Origin: an uncultured Gaiellales bacterium
GTDB taxonomy: Bacteria > Actinomycetota > Thermoleophilia > BMS3ABIN01
Direction: 5' to 3'
Assembly (NCBI GenBank): GCA_964497425.1
Contig: CAZCCR010000004.1
Span: 6,345-70,344, forward strand
Length of the DNA stretch: 64,000 nt
The notes under the pieces are model-generated. The model saw only the letters and a list, made by a program, of their open reading frames with translations, ran no database searches and was not told where the DNA came from. The translations under genes and the position numbers were made by a program. Shown in pieces: positions 30,009 to 40,025 of the stretch (the stretch's first letter is position 1; each line of letters begins with the position of its first letter).

Positions 30009-31055
30009 ATGCCCCTACAGCTATACTGGATTCAGGACAGCATCTCCCCTTCTTTTCCTGGATTCGTGAAAACAAGGAAGTTGACAGACTACACCAGCCT
30101 CCAGCAGCTGGCCTCACGCCAGTTCGTGATGCTGCGCGGTTTGAACCCCAGGAAGATGGCCAATGCGGCCGGCATCTATTACGAGTACCGCAGAAAGAAG
30201 GTCGTGCTCAAACATAAACCTCTGCTGCTGAAGATCGAACCATCCAATCACTGCAACCTGCGGTGCCCCACCTGCCATCCGGACGGCAATACTTCCGGCG
30301 GCACGATGGACGAGGAGACATTCCGCACTATTCTTGAGAAAGCTCCCATGGACTACTTCCTCAAGAGCACGCTCTACATGTTCGGGGAACCGTTGCTCAA
30401 CAAGCGCATATACAGCATGATCTCGCAGGTATCCAGATACGGCATACCCACTTCCATCAGTACCAATTTCCATGTCTTCGACGAGAAACGCGCCGAGGAG
30501 ATGCTTGCCTCGGGCCTCACCTGGATACTTGTCTGTATCGACGGCGCCAGCCAGGAGACCTACGAGATATACCGCGTCGGCGGTGACCTTGAGAAGGTGA
30601 AGGAGAATATCAGGATACTGGTGGCCGAGAAACAGCGTCAGGGCTCCAAATATCCTGTCATCGAGGTGCAGTCGGTCATCTTCGACCACAACCGTCACGA
30701 GATGGACGAGATAGAGCGTATGGTCCTCTCCCTCGGCGCAGACCGTTTCACCACCAAGGAAGACGTCTTCACCCAGCTCGACTATGGCGATAAAGAGCTT
30801 GTCCCCGAAGAAGGGAAACCGAAGAAGGGCCGCTCGTGCTTCTTCCTCTATGGAACGTTCATGGTGGATTACGACGGCGTGGTCCTGCCCTGTTGCCTCG
30901 GCCGCTCCAGATTCGGCGATCTCAAAGAGTCCTCATTCGAGGAGATCTGGAATAACGAGAAGTTCACAGCGGCGCGACGCTGGTTCTCCAGCGGTTTCAC
31001 CGACAGGGACGACGATCTGGACCTGCCGTGCTATAACTGTCCCCTCTTCATGTAA
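30009..31055 (+). CDS. radical SAM enzyme with a SPASM/twitch C-terminal domain
   Basis: LKIEPSNHCNLRCPTC radical-SAM motif. C-terminal VLPCCLGR...DLPCYNCPLF auxiliary-cluster cysteines. GC3 suggests translation begins nearer 30066 (GTG) than 30009. Confidence 0.75.
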   Translation: MPLQLYWIQDSISPSFPGFVKTRKLTDYTSLQQLASRQFVMLRGLNPRKMANAAGIYYEYRRKKVVLKHKPLLLKIEPSNHCNLRCPTCHPDGNTSGGTMDEETFRTILEKAPMDYFLKSTLYMFGEPLLNKRIYSMISQVSRYGIPTSISTNFHVFDEKRAEEMLASGLTWILVCIDGASQETYEIYRVGGDLEKVKENIRILVAEKQRQGSKYPVIEVQSVIFDHNRHEMDEIERMVLSLGADRFTTKEDVFTQLDYGDKELVPEEGKPKKGRSCFFLYGTFMVDYDGVVLPCCLGRSRFGDLKESSFEEIWNNEKFTAARRWFSSGFTDRDDDLDLPCYNCPLFM

Positions 31056-31097
31056 TCAAGCCTTTTGGTGAGATGCCGGGCCTGCGCAACCCCGCTC

Positions 31098-32825
31098 CTA
31101 CAGATAGCCCAGGTCCTTCAACCGCTGCTCAATGACTTCCGAATCCTCCTCGGAATAGACGTCCTCCTGCTCGGCTTCACCGGCTGTCTCGACACCGTAT
31201 CTGGGCTTGTTGGCCTCAAGGTGTTCCCTTTTGAATATCCGCTCAAGGACCCTGCCGTCGAAGTCTCCGGGGATCTCCTCCCCGAAGTGGTAGAGGACCG
31301 TCGGCGCGACATCGACTATACCGGCGCCTTCCAGCCTCTTGCCCTGCCTTATCGCCGGTCCGGTGGCGATGAATATGCCGTTCAGCTGGTGTCCGCCGGT
31401 GGGATTTCCCAGGGGCCAGTCCCAATCGACAGGTTCCACCGACTCGGACGAACTCCTCGTCCTTATACCGTTGATAACCGCATCGGTGCGCCAGCGGACA
31501 CTGATATCAGCGGCCTTTTCAACCTGTCGGCCCTGGTAGGCATCCTCTCTGCGGAAGACCTCGTCGACGATGGGTTTCCCCGTTGCCGCGTCCCTGGCGT
31601 CCGCCAGTTCAGAACATATGCTTTCACAAAGACCGTCATACTCGGATTGAGGGACGATACCCATGGGGTCACGCCCGGCCAGGTTTATCCAGATATCATC
31701 CATGGCTCCATCACAGAAGGCCTTGGTCCGTCGCCAGTCGATCCCGCCCAGTTTCATCGCCGACTCTACAGCGCCGAGCATGCCAGGGAAACGGCGCGCC
31801 AGTTTCAACTTGGTCGTCGAGGAAAGATACCTGTTGGCCAGTCGGTAACCGGCCCCTCCCACGGCGCCGAACGCGCGCCTGGCGACCTTGCGCGGGTCTG
31901 ACCATGACTGACCTTCCATCCTCATCAGGCCCAGATCGGTGAGCCAATCCCCCAGCAGCTGGGCGCCGCGAGGATTCACCGCTCCACCATGGTCAGATAC
32001 TATCATCACCGTAGCGTCAGGGTTCCTCTCGAGCAGACGCCCGATGATGTCATCCATCCGCTGGTAGACCTTGAGGATGGTGTCGCCGTAGCGTTCCGCT
32101 TCGGCCGGATCATAGGCTGGATGGGATGGGTCGAAGAACTTCCAGTAGAAATGGTGAACGTTGTCGGTCTCGCCGAAGACCACCGTGAAAAGGTCCCAGT
32201 CATATCTGTCCATCAGATAGGAAGTGTGACGATAGCGGATCTCCATACTGTCGAGAAGGCGCTCTGCACCCTCCTTCCAGCGGCCCTCCGACCTGAGCAC
32301 ATGGGTGAGATTGGCGGTGATGCGATACTCACCGTTCTCGGCTATCATCTCCTCGAGCAGGTTCCGGGGATGACACACCTTTTCGCTGTCAACGCCCGGT
32401 GCATCCAGCCCGGCGATCATGCACCCGTTTATCTCCTGTACCGGATAGCTCATGGGCACGTTCACCACGCATCCCGTCCTCTCACCACAGAGGATCTCCC
32501 AGAATGTCCGGGCGCACCGGTGGGCCCCGTTTACGTATCCAAAACCGTAACTGTCGAAATGCCGCTCGGTAAAGCCGAATATGCCATGCTTGCCGGGATT
32601 CTTGCCGGTGCTGAACGATGTCCAGGCCGGCGGGCTGCTCATGGTGGGAACTGAGCGCAAAGGCCCGTACACGCCCCCCTCCATCAGCTTGCCGACGGTC
32701 GGGAGCTTGCCCTCACCGACCCATTTTTCCAGCAGGTCGGGGCTGGTGCCGTCAAACCCCAGTATCAACAACCTGTTTCTCCTACCGTTCTCCAAGCCAC
32801 ACTCCAGGAACTTCCATTCGGTCAC
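31098..32825 (-). CDS. alkaline-phosphatase-superfamily type I phosphodiesterase / nucleotide pyrophosphatase-like enzyme (paralog 1)
   Basis: LILGFDGTSPD metal site, TMSSPPAWTSFSTGKNPGKHGIFGF nucleophile region. Acidic C-terminal tail ending RLKDLGYL. Confidence 0.75.
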   Translation of the reverse strand: MTEWKFLECGLENGRRNRLLILGFDGTSPDLLEKWVGEGKLPTVGKLMEGGVYGPLRSVPTMSSPPAWTSFSTGKNPGKHGIFGFTERHFDSYGFGYVNGAHRCARTFWEILCGERTGCVVNVPMSYPVQEINGCMIAGLDAPGVDSEKVCHPRNLLEEMIAENGEYRITANLTHVLRSEGRWKEGAERLLDSMEIRYRHTSYLMDRYDWDLFTVVFGETDNVHHFYWKFFDPSHPAYDPAEAERYGDTILKVYQRMDDIIGRLLERNPDATVMIVSDHGGAVNPRGAQLLGDWLTDLGLMRMEGQSWSDPRKVARRAFGAVGGAGYRLANRYLSSTTKLKLARRFPGMLGAVESAMKLGGIDWRRTKAFCDGAMDDIWINLAGRDPMGIVPQSEYDGLCESICSELADARDAATGKPIVDEVFRREDAYQGRQVEKAADISVRWRTDAVINGIRTRSSSESVEPVDWDWPLGNPTGGHQLNGIFIATGPAIRQGKRLEGAGIVDVAPTVLYHFGEEIPGDFDGRVLERIFKREHLEANKPRYGVETAGEAEQEDVYSEEDSEVIEQRLKDLGYL

Positions 32826-32932
32826 ATAAAAAAACAGCCCGGGTCGCGCCCCTCGCTGCCTGAGATAATATTACACTCCACGAACATCACCCGCAACGGC
32901 GGGCACTCCCCGGGATCGGCCCCGGTCCCGCA

Positions 32933-34051
32933 TCAACCGCTCCGCTGCCTTTTCCGCCCATATCGGCGGCAAAGCCCCTCATACAGGTCCGTGACACGTT
33001 CCCAGCTGTATTCCTTCCTCACCCTCTCACGGGCTCTCTCCCCGAGCTCCCTGGCCCTTTCCGGCGATGCTATCAGCGCCTTGATCTTTTCGCGCAGGTC
33101 CGCCGCCCCCTTCTTCCCGGAGAAGCTGACACCCGCGTCCCCGATACTCTCCAGGTTGGGCGGATGGTCGTTCACGACCACGCACGCGCCTGCAGCCATG
33201 GCGTCGAGGATCACCGGATGAGTGCCACCGACTTCCGTGGGTATGGCGAAGATGAAGCAATGGAAGCTCAACTCCCTGAAGGCGCCACCGAACTGGTATC
33301 CGGTGAAAATCACCCGCTCGTCGTCGGTCGACTTGAGCCGGTCTATGTATTCTTCAGCGTAAGGTGCATCACCGACGATGACCAGTTTCATGTCCGTCTC
33401 CAGTTCGCTGAAGGCCTCTATCAGGACATGGGCGCAGTTCTCCGGGACCAGGCGTCCTACGAAGAGGATGTACTTTCCCGGTTCAAGCCCGAACCGCTCC
33501 AGGGTCGCGGTGCCTGCGTCCTCGACGACATCCGACCCGTAGGGGATGAAGTCACTGTCCTGGCCGAACCGCTCCAGGTAATAATCCTGTATCACACGGG
33601 AATCGGATATGGTGCGCGTAGCCGCTTTCGGCGCGAACCATTCAGCGAAGCGTATGTACTTCTTCGCCAGCCGGTTCCATTTCTTGCGATGGGAATCAAG
33701 GCCGTCCACGTTGATCAACGACGGTATACCGAACACTCGCGAGAGCAGGGCGAAGGGACTGTTGCCAGCGATGAAGTACAGGGCCACGTCGGCGCGATCG
33801 AACAGGCCCATATGCACCGTGCTGATGAAAGTGTGCACGAAAGTATCAAGGAACTTGTTCCTCACCGTCGGCAGCCTCTTCAGGCGTACGCCCTCGTAAT
33901 GATCACCCTCGTAATCCATCATGTGCGGCCGGCAATAGACAGTCACTTCATGGCCCCTCTGCGCAAGCCTGATGCTGATGGCCTCGACGGCCGTCTCGAA
34001 ACCGCTGTAGCGCCCGGGGATGCCTCTTGTGCCCAGCATGGATATCTTCAA
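32933..34051 (-). CDS. glycosyltransferase family 4 (GT-B)
   Basis: GT4 N-terminal domain and C-terminal EX7E-type region (FAIPTEVGGTHPVILDAMAAG). TTG start at 34049-34051 forms a TTGA overlap with the upstream stop. Confidence 0.8.
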   Translation of the reverse strand: MKISMLGTRGIPGRYSGFETAVEAISIRLAQRGHEVTVYCRPHMMDYEGDHYEGVRLKRLPTVRNKFLDTFVHTFISTVHMGLFDRADVALYFIAGNSPFALLSRVFGIPSLINVDGLDSHRKKWNRLAKKYIRFAEWFAPKAATRTISDSRVIQDYYLERFGQDSDFIPYGSDVVEDAGTATLERFGLEPGKYILFVGRLVPENCAHVLIEAFSELETDMKLVIVGDAPYAEEYIDRLKSTDDERVIFTGYQFGGAFRELSFHCFIFAIPTEVGGTHPVILDAMAAGACVVVNDHPPNLESIGDAGVSFSGKKGAADLREKIKALIASPERARELGERARERVRKEYSWERVTDLYEGLCRRYGRKRQRSG

Positions 34052-35181
34052 CTGGCGCCCGCCTCTCTCAATACGTCCTCGTATACCGCAAGTGTCCTGC
34101 GGGCGCATTCGCGCCAGCTGAAACAGCGCGCCCTCTCGAGGCCCGCCCTGCTGAATGCGGCGTTGACGGCAGGCTCCAGCAACAGGGATGCGGTCGCGGC
34201 GGCGATGCCGTCCACGTCGAAGGGGTCGACCTTGACGCCCGCGTCCCCCACCACCTCAGGCAGTGAGGCCCGGTCCGAGACCACCACCGGCGTACCACAG
34301 GCCATCGCCTCCAGCGGAGGCAACCCGAACCCTTCATATATCGACGGATAGACGAAAACATCCGCGCCGGAGTAGAGCGCGGGCAGGTCCTCGTCCGGGA
34401 CATAACCCGTCAGCACGATATCGTCAGACCAGCGTGACTCTTCGATAAGTGACAGGACGGGGTCGTGGCGCCAGGCTTTCTTGCCTACCAGGACTAGGCG
34501 ATGCCTGATATCCGGCCTGACCGACCTCATGCGTGAATAGGCCCTGATCAGCCGGGGGATGTTCTTCCGCGGCTGGAGATTCCCCACGGCCAGTACATAA
34601 GGCCCGCCGACCCCGTACCGGGACCTCACCGACTCCAGGCGGTCCCTGTCTTCAACAGGGGCGAAATCATCGCCGGCAGCGAGGTATGTCACCGTCACTT
34701 TCTCTTCCGGCAGCCCGTATATCTCCACCAGATCCCGTTTGGAGTGCTCGGAAATGGTCAGGACCCTGGCGGCCAGCCTGGCCGAAAGAGGGAAGGTGGC
34801 CCTGAACTGCAACCGTTCCCTGGCGGAGAAGAACCGGGGATAAGTCTCGAATGATATGTCATGTATCACCGTGACCAGCGGAGCAGTCATCACCGGTGGT
34901 CCCACATACTGGACGTGGAGAAGGTCAAGACCCAGCTTCCAGACCAGCCATGGCGTGACAAAAGGTATTCGCACCAGAGGGTTGGCAGGCAAAGCCATCA
35001 CCGGGCGTGCCTCGGGGAACCTGCCGCCCGCTTCCTCCGCGGCCCGCTCGTCCGTGAACAGCAGCGTGAAACGATGGCCACTGTCAAGTCCGATGAGTCC
35101 GTCTATGAGATTGGTGACATAGGTCTCGTTGCCGGTAAGGCGCCCCCCTATCGCATGAGCATCGATACCGATCTCAGCCAT
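34048..35181 (-). CDS. glycosyltransferase family 4 (GT-B)
   Basis: YPSIYEGFGLPPLEAMACGTPVV EX7E motif. Confidence 0.85.
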   Translation of the reverse strand: MAEIGIDAHAIGGRLTGNETYVTNLIDGLIGLDSGHRFTLLFTDERAAEEAGGRFPEARPVMALPANPLVRIPFVTPWLVWKLGLDLLHVQYVGPPVMTAPLVTVIHDISFETYPRFFSARERLQFRATFPLSARLAARVLTISEHSKRDLVEIYGLPEEKVTVTYLAAGDDFAPVEDRDRLESVRSRYGVGGPYVLAVGNLQPRKNIPRLIRAYSRMRSVRPDIRHRLVLVGKKAWRHDPVLSLIEESRWSDDIVLTGYVPDEDLPALYSGADVFVYPSIYEGFGLPPLEAMACGTPVVVSDRASLPEVVGDAGVKVDPFDVDGIAAATASLLLEPAVNAAFSRAGLERARCFSWRECARRTLAVYEDVLREAGAS

Positions 35182-36631
35182 TTACGGCAACCCGACTTCC
35201 GTTTTGTTCCTCATCGGCCTCTGAGAGCGTCGCTTTGGATAAAGCCACGAGGATGCCGAGATAGATCCAGGGAAAGCCCAGCCAGAAGAAGGATGATGCC
35301 TGTGACGCCACTATCATCACGATGGCCCCCAACGCCATCCCGTAGAGGTTCGCCTTGCGTATCGAGCTGCGGGCTTTCCCCGCCGCCCTGAATGCATAGA
35401 CGATCGGGACGACGTGGATCCAGAGCATGAGGAACGCTCCCACGAGCCCGGTGTCGTGGAGGCTCTGGATCATGGAGCTGAAAAGCCATCCACGATTGGA
35501 GAAATTCTTCTCTCCGATGGACAGGAGCCCGTTTCCCAGGAAGGGGTGACTGCGCCATTCCTCTATCCCCTGGGTCTGGACATCGGTCCGGCCCGCCGCC
35601 GAACTGCTTTGAAAGTTCAACAGGTTCTGCACCCTGCCCAGAAAAGCATTATTCGTTCCTGAAGATTCCGAGAAGACATAATTCACCAGCGGGAAGGAAA
35701 CGGCGAAGATCATGAGCATGGCCAGGATGAATGCTATCGACCTGGGATTTATCACGTTTCTCACCGGCCTCGAGTAGAAAGGCAGATAAACCATCACTAT
35801 TATCACGCCGACCCAGGCGGCGCGCGTCAGTGATGTCATCGTAGCTATGAACAGGAGTATCAGTCCGAGCCAGAGAAACCTCTCACTGGCAATCTTTTCC
35901 TTGCCGTAAGTCACCAGATGAGTGGTGAACAGTATCAGCATGATCGCAACATAGGCGCCCAGGAGGTTCGCTTCCTGGAACAGGCCGCTGGTCGACGGGA
36001 GCTTCAATGTTATCAGGTGGGAAAAGGATATACCGCCTATGTTTATCCCGAGGAAATGCGAGATGAAGGCGGTCAGGGAGTAGAGCGCGTGAATCGCAGC
36101 CATGAGCATCATGAGCTTCACCGTCAGATCCAGCCGTGATCTGTGCTCCAACAGCACATAGACCGTATAGAAGTACATGCTCATGTAGACTATCTGCAGG
36201 AACAGTCCCTGATAGCTGTAAGACGGATCCGGTGAAAACAGGTATGAGGAGACAAAGGCCGTGACAATGAGACCGATGATAGGGATATCGAGAACAGTGG
36301 CCGAGATCCTTGCTTTCCCGCTCAGGAAATAAGTCAGCCAGACAAGGGCGACGATGACCAGGATAACCTGTTCCGGCCTGAATGTGAAAGGGCCCAGGTC
36401 ATAACGGAAGATATTCAGCTGCGCAGCGATCAACAGCAGTATCAGGCCTCGCCAGGGATTGGTGGCGATCGCTGCAACTGCAACGAAAGCGAGAAGCAGC
36501 AACGGGATGACCGGATCGACCATGATCAGGCCGGCGGTGATCAAGCCCGCCGTGACCGCCAAAGCCAGTCCCGATACCACCAGCCAGCGGGCGGCAGGGT
36601 CTAACCTGTACTTTTCCACCAGCTGGTTCAT
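35174..36631 (-). CDS. O-antigen ligase / Wzy-like polysaccharide polymerase membrane protein
   Basis: ~11 TM helices with a Wzy_C-like periplasmic loop. Confidence 0.7.
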   Translation of the reverse strand: MNQLVEKYRLDPAARWLVVSGLALAVTAGLITAGLIMVDPVIPLLLLAFVAVAAIATNPWRGLILLLIAAQLNIFRYDLGPFTFRPEQVILVIVALVWLTYFLSGKARISATVLDIPIIGLIVTAFVSSYLFSPDPSYSYQGLFLQIVYMSMYFYTVYVLLEHRSRLDLTVKLMMLMAAIHALYSLTAFISHFLGINIGGISFSHLITLKLPSTSGLFQEANLLGAYVAIMLILFTTHLVTYGKEKIASERFLWLGLILLFIATMTSLTRAAWVGVIIVMVYLPFYSRPVRNVINPRSIAFILAMLMIFAVSFPLVNYVFSESSGTNNAFLGRVQNLLNFQSSSAAGRTDVQTQGIEEWRSHPFLGNGLLSIGEKNFSNRGWLFSSMIQSLHDTGLVGAFLMLWIHVVPIVYAFRAAGKARSSIRKANLYGMALGAIVMIVASQASSFFWLGFPWIYLGILVALSKATLSEADEEQNGSRVAVNG

Positions 36632-37701
36632 GTTGCCCGTTCTTTTTCAGCTTTGTCACCGGCCGGCCGCGCGCGGCATTTCTCTTCCAGCCTGGAACTG
36701 TATTCCATCGCATACCCGGGGCCGTGCAGACCCAGCCTGAGGGATGTCACCGCATACAAGCGCATGTCTTCATTGCGTGCAACCTCATCATCCATCATGT
36801 GACCGGTGAGAGGTATCAGTCTCGCCAGTGTGACGAGGAGATATCTGATGAAATACGCCATCGACATCAGCAGCCCGAAGATATTGAATCTGGGGAAGCC
36901 CAACTGCCCTGCGGCGACGCGGAACAGGCCGCCCATCCAGAGAAGCCGTGCTTCCGGACTGCCGGTACTGCTGGCTCCCCCGTAATGGACCACCCTTATC
37001 CACGGCAACAGGTGCAGCTTCCATCCGGCCTGACGCATCCTCACCCCGTATTCGACGTCTTCCGCATACATGAAATGCTCATCGTCCAACATGCCCACTT
37101 CGTCAATAACACTACGCCTTGTCACCATGCAGGCGCCGCCTATCCAGTCTACCGGCATCGGTTTCCGCGTACTCCGCGAACGCACGAACATGCCCCTTGA
37201 GCGTCCTCCCAACACCGCCTGCAACCCGGATAACTGGCTGAAGGCGGATGCTGGTGAAGGCGCATAGCCGCCGCTGTATTGCAGATGGCCGGAGCGTCCC
37301 ACCAGTTGTGGTCCGACCGCGGCTACTCCGGGGGAATTCTCCAGATACCGCACGAAGTGGGCCAGGGAGCCCGGCGGCGTCATGATATCCGAATTCACCA
37401 GGGCGATATACTCACCCGAGCTCTCGCGGATACCCTGATTGGTCGCCGCTGCGAAGCCGGTGTTCTCATCATTCTCGATGACCCTGGCCCCGGGGAACTC
37501 CTCACGCACCATCCGCGCGCTGCCATCACTCGAACCGTTATCAATGACGATCGTCTCAAATGCCAAACCTTCCGCGGCAGCCGGGATCCTCTCCAGGCAT
37601 TCTCTTAATATCTCGCGGGTATTCCAGCTTACTATGATCACAGAGAGGCCGATACCTGAGGATGGAGTCTCTGCGGCTAGAGGGCCATTCATTTCCGACA
37701 A
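36628..37701 (-). CDS. glycosyltransferase family 2
   Basis: VIIVSWNTRE...DNGSSDGS...ENDENTGFAAATNQG, with a DxD in ALVNSDI. Confidence 0.85.
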   Translation of the reverse strand: MSEMNGPLAAETPSSGIGLSVIIVSWNTREILRECLERIPAAAEGLAFETIVIDNGSSDGSARMVREEFPGARVIENDENTGFAAATNQGIRESSGEYIALVNSDIMTPPGSLAHFVRYLENSPGVAAVGPQLVGRSGHLQYSGGYAPSPASAFSQLSGLQAVLGGRSRGMFVRSRSTRKPMPVDWIGGACMVTRRSVIDEVGMLDDEHFMYAEDVEYGVRMRQAGWKLHLLPWIRVVHYGGASSTGSPEARLLWMGGLFRVAAGQLGFPRFNIFGLLMSMAYFIRYLLVTLARLIPLTGHMMDDEVARNEDMRLYAVTSLRLGLHGPGYAMEYSSRLEEKCRARPAGDKAEKERAT

Positions 37702-37739
37702 ACCATTCCGTACACGGTCCCGGCCGCACCTGCTTTGAC

Positions 37740-38498
37740 TCAGGACCGCCCCTCCTCGTGTCTCAGGGATTTCCTGACGGAATCCGTGGCGAAACCAAGC
37801 GCCGTCCCCACAACAGCACCAACCAGCAGCGCTATCAGGGTGTTCCGCAACGGCCTTGTAGCTTCGGTGGTGGCGGAAGTAGCGCCGCTGACTATCGTCA
37901 GCCTGTTTGCGCTTGAACTCTCCAGGTTGAGCTCCTCGTATTGCCTGAGCAGCGACTGCCTTGCGCCTTCCAGCGCCTGGATACGACCTGCATCCCCGTT
38001 CGGGTCAGCGCGGAGCCGGGAGAGATCGTTTTCCACATCGGTCAGCTTCTGCAGCAACATCTGCTGGTCTGAAGCGATGTTCTGTTTCTTGAGGTCATCG
38101 ACATATGCCACCAGCCCCTGCGCGACAGCATTGACCCTGTCGATCGCTCCCAGGGCTGTCGTGTCCCTGGCGATAAGTTTCAGGTAAGGGCTGTCTTTGG
38201 CGGTTTCCGTAGCGACACCCCTGAATTCAGAGGCATCGCTGCCGTTCCCGGCCAACTCCGCCGTCTTTTCCAGTACCTCGTTCGTGCCGACCAGCTGGCC
38301 ATAACTGAACGCCAGTTCATCTTCGCGGCCGGGAAGCGAGGTAGAGCTGAAGTTCCCGACCACCAGCATGGATTCGGCCTCGTACGTCTTCTGCCTGGTG
38401 AACGAATCGTATGCCACCACCGAACCCGCCACAACCGCTGTTATCAGGATTATCCACTTGCTGCGCCACAAGACGGCTAGCAACTCTACCAGATCCAA
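37740..38498 (-). CDS. Wzz-like polysaccharide chain-length determinant (polysaccharide co-polymerase without a kinase domain)
   Basis: Two TM helices flanking a coiled-coil periplasmic domain. N-terminal Wzz motif. Confidence 0.7.
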   Translation of the reverse strand: MDLVELLAVLWRSKWIILITAVVAGSVVAYDSFTRQKTYEAESMLVVGNFSSTSLPGREDELAFSYGQLVGTNEVLEKTAELAGNGSDASEFRGVATETAKDSPYLKLIARDTTALGAIDRVNAVAQGLVAYVDDLKKQNIASDQQMLLQKLTDVENDLSRLRADPNGDAGRIQALEGARQSLLRQYEELNLESSSANRLTIVSGATSATTEATRPLRNTLIALLVGAVVGTALGFATDSVRKSLRHEEGRS

Positions 38499-38665
38499 CG
38501 CGCCACCCTTTCTCTACATCCTGTTGACAGATAACCCGGACAGACAACCCGCCTGCCCGATCCCTTTGAAAGAACTTGTCTCTGCGTTACCCGTCTGTTC
38601 TCTTTCGGAACATTCACGGTTTTCCTTCATATTCATCATGCATTTTTTATTATACCTCTTGTCGT

Positions 38666-40015
38666 TCATGCAGGAACCCTTCGCCCCGCCGACCCGGACC
38701 TGCCGGTTCGATCTGTTTCCTTGACACGCAATACGTTCCCATGCATGATGCCCGCGGCAACCCAGAACATGGAAAAGATCGACCATATCATCATGGCGTC
38801 GAAGGTCATGGCGTTGAGGGAGATACCGATCACGCTCACCAGGCCCGCGACTATCCAGGAAACACGCCAATTCTTCCGTGATACCGTCCGCACGCCTTCA
38901 TATATCAAGACACCCAGCAGCCAGATCCAGAGCAGGAACCCGACCAGTCCCTGTTCCAGGAAGGTGTTGATGTAGTTGTTGTCCACGGGCTTGTAGCGGC
39001 CCTTATATATGAGAAACCCGCGGCAGTCCTCGCAGTAGGGGATGATCTCCCTGCGGCCCATCCTCAAACCGACCCCCAGCACCGGATGGTCTTTTATCAC
39101 CTCAAACGACGCCTGCCAACCGGTAAGCCTGAAACTCACGCTTTTTTCAGAACGTTCAGAGGTCTCATGCGCGAGTTTATCCCAGAATATGCCTGTTACC
39201 GCCAGTACGACGATCATCAACAGCATCAACGGCAAAGCCAGTCTTCGCTGCTCCCGCAGGAAGAAGAGGACAAGCGCCCCCGTTAGAATGACTCCCGCAG
39301 CCGCCCAGCTGCCCTTGGTGAAAGTGAATATCAGGGCCAGGACGACGAGAAACGAGACGGCGCCGCCCAGGTACCTGCCGAAACGGGAACCACCCCTCAG
39401 CCAGAACAGCACACAGAACGGCAGTGCCTGCACCAGGAACGCGCCAAAAGCCACCGGGTGGGCCAGGAATGAACCACTGCGGTGGAGCAGCGTGCCCTCC
39501 GCCACGGGAACAGACTCCACCAGATAGCGGCCCAGGATAACGTTGGAGCCATAGAAATACTCAAACAGACCATAAACGGATGTGACGCCGGCAAGAATCA
39601 CGATAAGCATGCCTATCCATTCCATCCGCTTCTCATCGTTGGCTACAAGCACCGCCAGATAGAAGAGGCTGACCGCCAACAAGGCATACTTCACCGAAGC
39701 GCCACCGGACTCGCCACTGATGTTCCTGAGAACGAAATAGGAATAATAGGTCACGAGGGAGATGTCCGCCATGCCCAGAGACAGCCTCCTTCGATTCCGC
39801 CAGAGAAGAGCCACGGCCCCGATCGCCGCCAACGGCATAAGCAAGGTAAGCGGCAGGATATGCTGCGTTCCCGCCATTATCACGTCGGGCATATAGGTCT
39901 CTGGATAAAGGACCGCAGTAGTGATCACAACCGTGAGAAGGATGGCAGCTGCGACCGTACCCCTGAGATGAGGCGAAGGACCCTCCCGGATTCCGGTTGT
40001 ACCCTTGTGATCCAT
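38666..40015 (-). CDS. second O-antigen ligase / Wzy-like membrane protein
   Basis: Polytopic membrane protein with a Wzy-type large loop. Confidence 0.65.
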   Translation of the reverse strand: MDHKGTTGIREGPSPHLRGTVAAAILLTVVITTAVLYPETYMPDVIMAGTQHILPLTLLMPLAAIGAVALLWRNRRRLSLGMADISLVTYYSYFVLRNISGESGGASVKYALLAVSLFYLAVLVANDEKRMEWIGMLIVILAGVTSVYGLFEYFYGSNVILGRYLVESVPVAEGTLLHRSGSFLAHPVAFGAFLVQALPFCVLFWLRGGSRFGRYLGGAVSFLVVLALIFTFTKGSWAAAGVILTGALVLFFLREQRRLALPLMLLMIVVLAVTGIFWDKLAHETSERSEKSVSFRLTGWQASFEVIKDHPVLGVGLRMGRREIIPYCEDCRGFLIYKGRYKPVDNNYINTFLEQGLVGFLLWIWLLGVLIYEGVRTVSRKNWRVSWIVAGLVSVIGISLNAMTFDAMMIWSIFSMFWVAAGIMHGNVLRVKETDRTGRSGSAGRRVPA

Positions 40016-40025
40016 CCCGCTCGGA

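Noticed and set aside
29890-30130. Candidate RiPP precursor ORFs (plus-strand MFSLSVCEGATNG..., and a 40-aa minus-strand MRLQLDHQRQGRW...AEKLIEG)
   Set aside because: Atypical GC3 for this genome, no RBS, and no lasso-type core features (Gly1 with Asp/Glu at position 7-9, Thr at -2). The minus-strand one overlaps the TTG-extended start of the secreted protein.
38514-38870. 118-aa minus-strand ORF spanning the Wzz/Wzy intergenic region
   Set aside because: It overlaps the end of the Wzy-like gene in another frame. It is Cys/Arg-rich with no domain. The region is better read as an AT-rich promoter for the Wzz-like gene.
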